A stretch of DNA of 51,737 nt, the filler included, from Squatina squatina (Eukaryota), in the NCBI GenBank assembly GCA_031763465.1. It is 3 parts of 3 records of this genome, joined end to end, with 100 filler letters (N's around TTAATTAATTAA, not from the genome) between each part and the next. Parts side by side here need not be neighbours in the genome. Positions count along the whole stretch, not along the records: positions 16,201 to 30,520 come from JARFOE010000073.1; positions 30,621 to 51,737 come from JARFOE010000001.1; 1 more part is not named here. One strand, written 5' to 3'. Below are positions 23,762-34,965 of this stretch, one piece after another. The position numbers and the translations under genes were made by a program. The notes beneath the pieces are model-generated. The model saw only the letters and a program-made list of their open reading frames with translations. It was not told the origin of the DNA and did no database searches. Each line of letters opens with the position of its first letter. Within the stretch, counting starts at the first letter, position 1.

Positions 23762-24039
23762 NNNNNNNNNNNNNNNNNNNNNNNNNNNNNNNNNNNNNNN
23801 NNNNNNNNNNNNNNNNNNNNNNNNNNNNNNNNNNNNNNNNNNNNNNNNNNNNNNNNNNNNNAAATCAAAAGAACCCTGGTATCTCTTCCATCTCTCCGCT
23901 GCTTCTTTATGGAACTGAAAGACATCATCTATTTCTGCAACTGTTTTGCAGTCAACACTGAAATCTAGTGATACTAGAGATTGGCTATTTTCCCCTTTGC
24001 TGGACTGTTGAAACAGATTAGAAAACAATAGCGTTACTT

Positions 24040-24345
24040 CTGAGACTCAAGACTGAATTTAGCCTAGGTTAATTAAATAAGAATATCCTTTTCCTGTTAC
24101 CAGTAAGGATTCTAAGTTAAATGTGATTGGTGTTGCCTCACTCCAATCCTAGTGGTTGCAGCTCTTTCCTGTAACATCAACAGTCTGACATAAAAAGGTC
24201 CCAAGGATGACTCATGTGGCTGTATGTCTAGCATTGAAGCAACATGGAGTAAGCTTTTATAGTACTAGTTGACACCCAAAGCAGAAAAGTGCTCCATTCT
24301 CCTGCAGTGACATCCTTCACCTTAATGAGGAGAAAATTTAGAAAA
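24040..24345 (+). mobile_element. Old SINE, possibly LF-SINE-related
   Basis: TTAGCCTAGGTTAAT...TCCTTTTCCTGTTACCAGTAAGGATTCTAAGTTAAATGTGATTGGTG...CTCACTCCAATCCTAGTGG resembles my recollection of the LF-SINE 5' body. Not verified. Confidence 0.35.
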
Positions 24346-24869
24346 ATTATTTCATGATTAGATCCTGGAGTGGCACAAATGAGAATAGTTTGAATTTGTG
24401 AGCAATTGTTTGCATGCCATTAAGAAATCGATCCTTAGTGAGAGCCTGAGTATCTCACTGTGTTTAAGATAAATGTTTGTCATATGGAAGAACTGTTGCT
24501 TAGTAACAGATGTTATGTAGAGCTGTATAGGTGCTGCTTNNNNNNNNNNNNNNNNNNNNNNNNNNNNNNNNNNNNNNNNNNNNNNNNNNNNNNNNNNNNN
24601 NNNNNNNNNNNNNNNNNNNNNNNNNNNNNNNNNNNNNNNTTTGTTCTCTAACGTCCCATTAGCGCCCCTCGGAGGCACTAATGGGGCATTACATGAGCTC
24701 AATTTCGGCCCCCTGATTCCCTGCTGGTCTAGAATGGGGATAAACCAAATTTCCCTGTTGGTCTAGCAAGGCCGTCCCCATTTAGAAACTGGTCTGATTA
24801 TTTCAGGGAGACGCAAGTGAGAACGATCTGACTTTAAGCTGATCCAACTCCCCAAATAACCTGAATGGC

Positions 24870-25212
24870 CAACAGTTGAGCTTAGAAGGTTCAGGGGTGA
24901 TCTAATTGAGTTTTTGTTTAAATGATAAATGGATTTGATAGCGTCAATACAGAGAAACTATTTCCTCTGGTACAGGAATTCAAAACAAGGGGGCACAATC
25001 TTAAAATTTGGAGCTAGGCCATTTGGGAGTGATATCAGGAAGCATTTTATCACACAAAGGGTAGTGGGCATCTGGAACTCTCTCCCGACAGACAGTGGAT
25101 GCTGGACCGATTGACATTTTCAAGACTGGCACCCATAGATTTTTGCTAGNNNNNNNNNNGTGTAGATCAGCCATGATCTAATTGAATGGCGGAGTAGGTT
25201 CGAAGGCAGAAT
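24870..25212 (+). mobile_element. CR1 LINE 3' end
   Basis: Encodes LKFGARPFGSDIRKHFITQRVVGIWNSLP; tail GATCAGCCATGATCTAATTGAATGGCGGAG...TCCTCCTGTTCC. Confidence 0.8.
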
Positions 25213-25545
25213 GGTCTCCTCCTGTTCCCGTTCTCCGAGCTGCTCTCCCCCGGGAATCGCCGAACAAAATTAAAGGGGTCCCGATCTCCAGTCAATCCGA
25301 CCTGGGTCTCTGTCTTTTTATTTCTGAACTTTTCGTCGAGGGAACTGAACGTTTCTGGGGGTGGGGGGAGGTGAGGCGCGAGGGCCAGGGATATCAGCCC
25401 TTAATTCTGCACAAACTTGGGTGAAGTTGGAAGAAGATCTCTACAGACCAGCAACAGAATGGAGACATCACTTGACCTGCCCAATCTCACTAACCTCAAT
25501 ATCCTGGCGAATTGGAAAGGAAAAATTGTGTACTCCATTTCTAAA

Positions 25546-25926
25546 TAGGGTGACCAGGTGTCCCAGTTTTTGAGGAAGTGTCCCAGTGTTCTGACACTTA
25601 CTTCAAAAGTGCTGAAATGTCCCGGTTTTTCGAGCCCACTCGACTGGGCATGCACAGTTACACCCAAGAACTGACTCTGCATGCGCAGTACCGGTAAAGA
25701 ACTGACTGCACATGCGCAGGTCCCCTGGAGAACGGACTGCACATGCGCAGTTCTGCCACAGAACGGACTCCGCTGGAGAACGGACCACGCACGCGTGATT
25801 CCACCAAAAAACTGACTGCGCATCTGCCGAAGAACGGACTGCTCATGTGCGGCCCCGGCAGAGTCCGGGCTGCGCATGCGCAGCCTGATTGACCCAGTTT
25901 GGGACTCGTCTGATCTGGTCACCCTA
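25546..25926. mobile_element. hAT (Blackjack-like) MITE with internal ~31-bp tandem repeats
   Basis: Perfect 12-bp TIRs TAGGGTGACCAG / CTGGTCACCCTA. About 7 internal units AGAAC(T/G)GACTGC(A/G)CATGCGCAG. No intact 8-bp TSD. Confidence 0.8.
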
Positions 25927-26744
25927 AAATGGCCCCCAGATAGGGTAGTGTCAGCTAAAACCCTGGAATCATTTAAGAAGCAGTGGGATGATGTAATGGG
26001 AAGACTGTAGGGTCTTTCTGGGTGAATGAGCTACGATGAGCCAGATGAACTTCCTCATCTGTATTTACCTTGTGCGATCATTTCACATTCCAGTTACTTT
26101 TATGGCCTTGCTGAGATACCCAATTTTTGGCCGAAATAAGGGACTATTTTGTGCCGTGAGCCCACATCCACTGGGAACTTGGCTTAAATTGCTGAAACTC
26201 CTGTTACATAGCACCTTTACAAGAGTTAAAAAGTAGAGATGATCATTCAATCAGTGTAGGCTCGGTTTACAACCAAGACCAATGTTTCAACGCACTGCAC
26301 TACAATCCCACACAAGACGGTTGTAATTCACTGTTGGCTTCATTGCTCCTAGGTTATGGGCATTCAGCAATGTTTATGAAAATATAAATCATAGCTTCTG
26401 GATCCCCAGCTTTCATATCCATGCTGGAGTTAATTAATTCAGCCACATGCTCTCTTGAGCCTGCACTGGACAGAATCTGTAATTTCACTGTGCGCATTGA
26501 ACCCTTACAGCTGCACACCACAGCAAAGGGTTCATCACTCACCCAGTAATTCACAGGAAGGTACACATCTGGTGACAGAATTGGTAAAGAATGCAACATA
26601 AGTTACACAAACATAATTGAGGACATTTACTCCTTAAAAGAAAATACCAGCAGAACAGTTTGGAAAAGTAGGAAGATTTGTAACAGGACATGAGAAGCTG
26701 ATTCAAAGTGTTATAAAGATAAGTATTAAGAGTGATTTCAGATA

Positions 26745-26835
26745 TGAGTATGCATGCACATAAATATACATATGTAGTATATATATAGTAAATTTAATAC
26801 ACACGCACTCTCACACATACTCACATACAGTCATA
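26745..26835. repeat. Degenerate (TA)n/(CA)n simple repeat
   Basis: Sequence ATATACATATGTAGTATATATATAG...ACACACGCACTCTCACACATACTCACATAC. Confidence 0.5.
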
Positions 26836-27069
26836 CTCCTTCATGCTGTTCCGAGTGCACGTGGACGAATATTGTAGCATCTCGGCCTTAATTCGGAAGA
26901 GATATAAAAGGGGCGAATGAGGCCTACATGACAAGATTTAACACAAACAGCAAGTAGACTGTAAAACTCCAGGTTGCATCTAGAGTGGTTCAGCCAGACT
27001 GCTTTCTGCTAGGCTGAGTACATTGGGGTTTTTATTCGTTGGGGTAAGAATGTGTAGTTGACAATACAA

Positions 27070-27315
27070 TTCTGCTACTCTTCTTCCAATAGTACCATGG
27101 GATCTTTTATATTCATCTGAGAGGGCAGATGGAACCTCAATAACATAAGGAATCGGCAGTATGTTTAATGTCTCATCTGAAAGACAGCACCTCCAACAGT
27201 GCAGCACTGGACTAGAGTGTCAGCCTGGATTATGTACTCAAGTCTCTGGAGTGGTACTTGAACCCCAGACTTTCTGGCTCAGAAGCGAGAGTGTTACCCA
27301 CTGAGTCACGGTTGG
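27070..27315 (-). mobile_element. Deu-domain tRNA-derived SINE (SacSINE1-like), partial
   Basis: Reversed head (GTGGTACTTGAACCC = B box; AGAGTGTTACCCACTGAG = A box) and Deu core GTTTAATGTCTCATCTGAAAGACAGCACCTCCAACAGTGCAGCACT. Confidence 0.75.
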
Positions 27316-28759
27316 ACACTGTAACATTGGGAGTGGGTTGCAATTACTGCCATTCACCATGATTCACGTGGAGCGAGAAGCCCTGACCTGAAAATGAGGC
27401 CCTCACTTACCAGCTCCATCCCAGTTATGCCACTAATAGGATCTGATGGAAAGGCGATGTCAGGTGGCACATTACTCCTCTGCTGTGCATCAGGTAATCA
27501 GGTTGAGTTGGCCTCACTAATTTTGGTTTATGATATCATTAAAGANNNNNNNNNNNNNNNNNNNNNNNNNNNNNNNNNNNNNNNNNNNNNNNNNNNNNNN
27601 NNNNNNNNNNNNNNNNNNNNNNNNNNNNNNNNNNNNNNNNNNNNNAAGTGCATAATATGGGTACTTATTTTTTTTTCACCAGATTTGTAATGTTATTCCA
27701 CCCTATTAAATGCAAAAATGAAATTAGCAAGCTGCCATTTTTGAATATGATCAAAATTTCCTCAGTGTCTGTGTTACACATCACACAAATAACTGGCTAT
27801 ACCCCAGCAACGATACATGGTTTACTTCAGTAATTCCCCCTAAGGAAGGACTGTTAATCACAGACCTCTCACTCTCCCTGAATAATCTGTGTATTCCTGC
27901 TGTCACTATGAGTTATTTTCTATTTCCCGACATCCTAGGGTAAACACACTGTTAAGTAAATGGAATGTGAATGGGAGTTTAATGCAGACCAAAGACAAGC
28001 CCGGATGAGTCTCTGGAGAGTTTTCAGGATCATTTCTCCACCTGGCATTTGTTCAAAGTGTACACTTCACAGAGAATGATGTATTATCCAATGAAAGACG
28101 GCACTAAACTGTGCAACAAATGTGGAGCTCCTTCGCGAATTCCCAGAGTCTGAGTGCCACACTCCTGGGCATCGATCCTCCGCCCCCTGCTCACCTCCCT
28201 TGGTCTTGTTGATGAAATGCCATTTTCCTGAGAACACGGAGGTTATGGTGTCCCAGCCCACTGCTGCTCCTTCAGTCTCTTGGTTTAACTTATTGATCTG
28301 TTCTACTTTCTTTGAAGATAAAACTTTCAATCCTGTTTATAACACAGCAAAGTATTGAAAGGAGGAATTAATGATCCCCTGCACTGCACATCAGTTGAGA
28401 CTCAGTGTTTCAGGGTGGGCCAAAGCCTTGCCATATTCTTGGATGCCAGTTCAAAGCTGCAGTCAAGTAATTCTCAACTCTGCTATTGAANNNNNNNNNN
28501 NNNNNNNNNNNNNNNNNNNNNNNNNNNNNNNNNNNNNNNNNNNNNNNNNNNNNNNNNNNNNNNNNNNNNNNNNNNNNNNNNNNNNNNNNNTTAACAATAT
28601 GCACTATTTTAAGAAAAGGGTGAGGTATTTTACAAAAGGTATACTATGTTGGCTTTGGTAACGAGCCTTGAGAATGAGTGTACAAAAGGGACACTGTTCC
28701 TTTAAGAGTGTGGCAGTGCGGTGCAGACAATCTCCCTTTAATCTGCACCCAGGGCTTGG

Positions 28760-29108
28760 GAGAAGAGCCTGACGTCACTTCAGCCACCAGAGGCTCGTCC
28801 TGATTGGTTGGCACTGACGCCATCCTTTATTTTTTTTAAAAGAATGACTTCATCCCCAGTTCATTCCTAGTTATGTTGCACCTTCTGTTTTGCTATTCCT
28901 AATGGCCAACTCGCAGCCAGCCAATCCGAAAAAAATAGCATCTTGCGGCAGCCTGGAATGTTTTTTTTGAAGTAATTTCATTTTGTATTTCTTTCCTTGT
29001 TAATTTCTTTGCAAAAAAAAAAATCTAAAGATCACCTCGCATTGATCGCGCGAGTGAAATAGCAAGAAGGCTTGTGCATGGAAAATAATAAGGGGAGCTC
29101 CCGGAAGT
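28760..29108. promoter_or_regulatory. Edge of a CpG-island / housekeeping-type promoter
   Basis: Full CRE TGACGTCA 28770-28777, inverted CCAAT 28803-28807, half-CRE 28815-28819, CCAAT 28921-28925, TCGCGCGA 29046-29053, ETS/GABP CCGGAAGT 29101-29108. Followed by a 412-N gap whose right flank is also CpG-enriched. Confidence 0.7.
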
Positions 29109-30520
29109 NNNNNNNNNNNNNNNNNNNNNNNNNNNNNNNNNNNNNNNNNNNNNNNNNNNNNNNNNNNNNNNNNNNNNNNNNNNNNNNNNNNNNNNNNNNN
29201 NNNNNNNNNNNNNNNNNNNNNNNNNNNNNNNNNNNNNNNNNNNNNNNNNNNNNNNNNNNNNNNNNNNNNNNNNNNNNNNNNNNNNNNNNNNNNNNNNNNN
29301 NNNNNNNNNNNNNNNNNNNNNNNNNNNNNNNNNNNNNNNNNNNNNNNNNNNNNNNNNNNNNNNNNNNNNNNNNNNNNNNNNNNNNNNNNNNNNNNNNNNN
29401 NNNNNNNNNNNNNNNNNNNNNNNNNNNNNNNNNNNNNNNNNNNNNNNNNNNNNNNNNNNNNNNNNNNNNNNNNNNNNNNNNNNNNNNNNNNNNNNNNNNN
29501 NNNNNNNNNNNNNNNNNNNNAATTGGCACACACTGCTGTTAAGTGACGCCCAGAATTGACCTGGCTGTGGGACACTGATGTTAAATTGGTGCAGAGGCGC
29601 TGAGATTTCATTGAAAAAGGACCCTCCCCCGCTTGTGTACACGGACGCATTAAACTCCATCGCCTCTCTGTATACATACATGCATGTGATAATACCTGGT
29701 TTGCAAACGGCTACCTTGAATTTAATGATTGCGCATTTTATTTAAAGGAAGGTGGATAAAGAGCTATTTTGGTAACTTGATGTCTGCATTTTGCGAAATG
29801 CGTCGTTTAAAGCTTTGTCTTATTTTTAAAGGCTTTGATTTATCTAATCCTTTAATCGTCGCTTGTTAGTTCAAAGGGGATTATGTTGGATAGGTAACCG
29901 CCTCCCAATGTTCGCAAATAAAAAAAACTTCCTATTATTAAAGGAACAGCGTCTTCAGGGGAAAATAATTGTTAGGTAAACCATTGGGATGCCAAAGGCA
30001 AATTGCACAGAGATTAGTAATTGTGTTGCTTATCTAACACGTCTCCCGTGATGTCGAGACATCCAAGGCCATTGGTTTGTAGTGGCTGAATAAGTAAAAA
30101 TAATTTTCATTACATGAGATTCTCCTCTGTTCTACCTGTGTTTGTCTGTGAAAAGGGAAAACCAGGTTGTCTGGCCTACAATAAATGAAGAGGTTGCTCG
30201 TTTCCTAGGGTGGAAGAGGGCACTGGTTTTCAGTGACTGAATAAATGCAATTTTTATTACACTGGCATCCTGTGGAAAACCAGTGGCCTCAGTCATTTTG
30301 TTTTTACTACAGTCCCCGATAGACAAACTGAACCAGCACAACAGATAACAACAAGCAAAGCAATCCAGCTGTTCCTCTCACTGCTGTCATCACACAAGTC
30401 TGTTATTTCTGGTTTCCACCCTTCGCAGTCACACTGAGAACTTAGAAAGCCTAGTGAGCACAAACCAAGCTGACATAACACCCCAAATGTACCTGGTCTG
30501 GCAGCCAGCAATGAATTTTT

Positions 30521-30620
30521 NNNNNNNNNNNNNNNNNNNNNNNNNNNNNNNNNNNNNNNNNNNNTTAATTAATTAANNNNNNNNNNNNNNNNNNNNNNNN
30601 NNNNNNNNNNNNNNNNNNNN
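30521..30620. other. Artificial scaffold-joining spacer
   Basis: 44 N, then TTAATTAATTAA (30565-30576), then 44 N; identical in design to 16101-16200. Confidence 0.95.
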
Positions 30621-32182
30621 TAAATAAGAATCATTTTTTTAAAAACACAAAACCTTTGTGTACTTCTGGAATTTTGATTACTTCATTTGAGATTTTTCAA
30701 TTTGGGAAATACCTCAGACAGACCTGGATTATGCATCTTCTACCCATGAAATAGTGTTGAAAAGGGAACTATCAATATAAGGATTGTAAAATATTCAAAA
30801 TAAAAGACTTTATTGGTATTTCAAAATTTGTGCAGGAAATGTTAAGCTTTTGTTTCTACAGAAATTGTAACAACTGTTTGGCGGGTGGAAGGCAGGAGCT
30901 CAGCAGGTGATGACCAGAAGGCATTGTGTGGTTTGCTTCAATGACTTGAGGTTAAGGTCTCTGTACTCCTGAAGGTTACCTGTCATGTGATTGCCAAACC
31001 TTTGGTTGATGAGAAAAGAATCACTCCCATGATCTGATTATAGCCGAGCTCTGAGTTTCACTTGCTTCCTGTCAGATGGCTGTTCTCTCCATGAAGTCCA
31101 CCTCTTTGTCCTTCTTTGTCATTTCCTACTGGAAATCATCAGGCGCTTTGTCAATGTTAATGTATTCCAGCTTATTTGACTTTTAATAAGTTCTTTCTAA
31201 TTATCATTACACAACCATGAACATCGGAGCTCTGAGTGAACTTAGTAAAGGAACACAAGGAGGTCAAAATTCTTGTGCTGGCACAAGGCCTGAGCTGTTC
31301 GAATACCCACTCAACAGTTTTATATGTGGTAAAATTTCCCCTTGAACATGATGTCAATATGTTGCCATGTCTTCCTTTATTAAGACACCATCCAACTGAT
31401 AACAAGTCCTGCTGTGTTTCACCAACATAAATAATTAGAATGGAGACTATAGAACGGCAGGAGACTTTGGCATCAGGCAGGAACTGCACTTGATATGGAA
31501 GCTCAAGTAAAAGGGGCCATCTGTTCACGGCAGGAGGATTCAAAAAATCAAGTTAACATATTGTTAGTAACATAATGCAATATAAAGTAAATAATTCAGC
31601 TTCACTTTGAGAGTTTTCAACCAACAACAAAGGCAAACAAATANNNTAAAGATTTATGTTTCTTTATTTCAAAACATCCTCCAATTTTCCCTCAGTCTCT
31701 GCCTTCATACATCATTCTGAACATCATCATCAACAAGCCATAACCATATGCATTTCAAATCCTCGTGATGATCCACAGATGACTATGATTATTAAGCCAT
31801 GCATGCATGGAATCAGGCTCCTCCACAAATCTTCTCTTTCCACAAATGTCCTTTGTAACTTCTATGACTATAAATTTCTTTAACAAGAGGTCAAATGAGG
31901 CAGCTTAACAGATTTTTGTGACTTTTTTCTTCGGAAATATGTTTTAGTATTCCAGCCAAACAAAATGTTCTTGTGTTCGGGTGGGATTTGTTACATCAGC
32001 TTTTGATCCTCTTGGGAAAGATGTTGCAACAAGTGTTTCTATTTAGTGGTACAGCCAAGAAATTGCAAAGTTCATCAGAAATGCAGCTGGTGGATTCAAA
32101 TATTGAGCAATGCTTTAACTCAGGCATTTACTGGCATGGTGAAACGCTTGTGCCTTTTATTCTTTATGCCCAGGCGTGCATT

Positions 32183-32510
32183 TACAACAATAACAACTTG
32201 CATTTCTAAACACTCCCCATGTCCCAAGAGATAACTCAAATCATTTTACAGGGCAGTGGACAAAGACTAGGCAGTAAGAGAGGGACAAAGGAAAAAGAAG
32301 AATCTTCAGGAGGATTTTGAAGGCAGGATGGCAGGTGACAAAGTGGAGGTGTGAGGAAAAAGAGTAGGAACAAGGAGTAGGGCGACGTTGGAGGAGTGGA
32401 GGGTGCTGGGGTAAGGTGTGGTGAAGTTATGGAAGAATCTGAGAGCCAGGATTGGGATATTAAAGTCAAATCACTGGGACGCACAAAGCCAGTGGAGCTC
32501 AGGATAAAAT
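32183..32510 (-). mobile_element. Old L2 LINE 3' remnant
   Basis: Starts ACAACAATAACAACTTGCATTT...ATGTCCCAAG, followed by a purine-rich body like 17178-17523. Confidence 0.45.
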
Positions 32511-34354
32511 TAGAGGAAAAAGACTATGGTGCATATGAGCATGTCCTTGCACCAGATAGCAAAGCTGTGCATCTGGCTGCCTGCTGGCCCAAAGTGGGTG
32601 TAACTTATTCTGTAAGTTCATTGACAGGTCAGTGCTCTTCTGCCTGTAAATGTGGATGTAAAAGTACTGGAGAATGGACAAAGTCATCAGCCGGTCTCTG
32701 GTACAGCCTGACCTGCTGAGCATCATCTAAGTAATGGGGCTGCCCACTGGGCCACAAATGGCAATGCCAGAATACCAATTAAGTGAAAATAGGAAAAAAA
32801 ATGAAAAAAAGTTCAGAAATATCCTCAAAATGTCATTGTTATAGACATCTTCAAATGCACTTTTATAAACAGCCATTTTATATGATTGAGTAGATAACTG
32901 AGCACTATACTAGTGTAAACACTGGAATATTGCGAGGACATCAAAATAATATCAACAGGGAATCATTTTAATATATTTACTGGTGAGCATTTCTGACGTC
33001 ACTACAGAACCCAACCACAAAATTGATGGGACAATAAGTGAGTAGAAATCTGGCTGAATAGATCTCAGCCTGTTCTTCCAATCAGTTATGTCCACTCAAT
33101 AGCTGCGATTTCGACTACTGAGGTTGGTTCGGTGCGGCCAGATTTGTGTGCACATTTGGAAGTGATTTAGTGAATTGCAGTGAATGGTGAGACAGAATGG
33201 TGGCCCCCGCAANNNNNNNNNNNNNNNNNNNNNNNNNNNNNNNNNNNNNNNNNNNNNNNNNNNNNNNNNNNNNNNNNNNNNNNNNNNNNNNNNNNNNNNN
33301 NNNNNNNNNNNNTCAGATTTCCAGCATCTGCAATAATTTGCTTTTATTCAACATAAATCAGCCTGTTTGAATGATGTAGCATAAAGATATGGCATAAGGT
33401 AATATAAAGTGCACATTTTATGCTTTAATGTAAAGTGGAGGTAAATGACGTCATGGTAAGAGCAGCATTTACAAAGAGCAATAAAACAATCTGACCCACT
33501 GTTAATAAACTCTGATACTAAATTTCTCTAAGGTTTTATTTTCTATTCTTACTGCAAAAGTTATTGCCGTAGATTTCTTTCTGATCATAAGAGAAGTTTT
33601 AGATGGTTGTTTCAGGTCATTTTCAAGGTAATTCAAGAAGTGTTACCTTTAAAGTGTGTCAAAGTTGCACTTTTTTGATGAAGTAAATTAATATTATTTT
33701 GAATTTTTGGTTAATTTTTGAAAACCACTGGTGTCTGTGTGTAAATAAATCAATATCTCTCTAGTCATTACTCAAATTTAATAGAGCAATAAATGTTTCA
33801 AAAATAGTGCAATAAAAATCTGTAGCAGCTGAGTAGTCTTAAGCACTCATTATNNNNNNNNNNTAGATGAACTAGATACTGGCATGTGATAACGGTCAGA
33901 TCAAGTAAACATCCACTTTTATCCATGTATTTCAATTTGTGATTGTTATGAATTGCCTCTGCCCCTCCCCAGTACTGCAAATAATTTTCCTTTCTTCTTG
34001 ACATTCATCACCTATTTCCCAATGCCGCACAGCTTTCCTTGACAGTTAGAACTAATGAAGCAATATGCTTTCAGGGCTCTGCCAATGAATCTCTGAATCA
34101 GGCACTGGAAGGTAAATGAGGTTAGTAAAATTTCAAAAGAAAAAAATAAATGTATAGAATTAATAACAATAAAAATTCGGTCTTGCTTTACAAATATTTT
34201 ACTGACCATATTTTATTGCTTTTATGCCCTCTGATTAATAAAGCAAACATGCTGCTTTCATGTCTCCTTTTTTGGAGCTATTAAATAATGTCTATCTATG
34301 AATTTCTACAGATCTCATAGGAGAAATTAGCACATTATACCTACAGGAGGAAAG

Positions 34355-34585
34355 GCATCAGAGGATACTGAGGCTAAAAGGGTTAAATTAGGAGGACAGG
34401 TTGCATAGACTAGGCTTGTATTCTCTTGAGTACAGAAGACTAAAGGGTGATTTAATTGTGGTGTGTAAGATGATTAAAGGAGTTGATAGAGTAGATAGCG
34501 AGAAACTGTTTGCTCTGGTGGGGGACTCCAGAATTAGGGGGAATAACTTAAAATTAGAACTAGGCCATTCAGGGGTGATGCCAGG
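34355..34585 (+). mobile_element. CR1 LINE 3' coding fragment
   Basis: Encodes LHRLGLYSLEYRRLKGDLIVVCKMIKGVDRVDSEKLF. Confidence 0.85.
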
Positions 34586-34587
34586 AA

Positions 34588-34646
34588 ACAAAGAAACATA
34601 GAAAATAGGAGCAGGAGTGGGCCATTCGGCCCTTCGAGCCTGCTCC
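34588..34646 (-). mobile_element. CR1 3' tail of a second element, running into a gap
   Basis: Sequence AAAGAAACATAGAAAATAGGAGCAGGAGTGGGCCATTCGGCCCTTCGAGCCTGCTCC. Confidence 0.7.
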
Positions 34647-34746
34647 NNNNNNNNNNNNNNNNNNNNNNNNNNNNNNNNNNNNNNNNNNNNNNNNNNNNNN
34701 NNNNNNNNNNNNNNNNNNNNNNNNNNNNNNNNNNNNNNNNNNNNNN

Positions 34747-34965
34747 GAGCCCCTGGACACTTCATACCTTGGGAGCCTCCTCTCAGCAAGGGCAGACATA
34801 GAGGACGAAATCCAACACCGCCTCCAGTGTGCCAGCACAGCCTTCGGCCGCTTGAGGAAGAGTGTGTTTCACGATAAGGACCTCAAACCCAGCACCAAGT
34901 TCATGGTTTACAGGGCAGTAGTGATACCTGCCCTCCTGTATGCGTCGCAGACATGGACAATATAC
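34747..34965 (+). mobile_element. RTE-clade LINE fragment
   Basis: Encodes YLGSLLSARADIEDEIQHRLQCASTAFGRLRKSVFHDKDLKPSTKFMVYRAVVIPALLYASQTWTIY. Confidence 0.85.

Noticed and set aside
29000-29681. Long ORFs of 156-225 aa
   Set aside because: They are open only because they run through the 412-N gap, as do many X-containing ORFs in the track.
31070-31145. Box C/D snoRNA on the minus strand (TGATGA...70 nt...CTGA)
   Set aside because: The C box lacks the leading purine, there is no terminal stem in the proper register and no clear C'/D' boxes, and the putative guide is only an imperfect rRNA match from memory.
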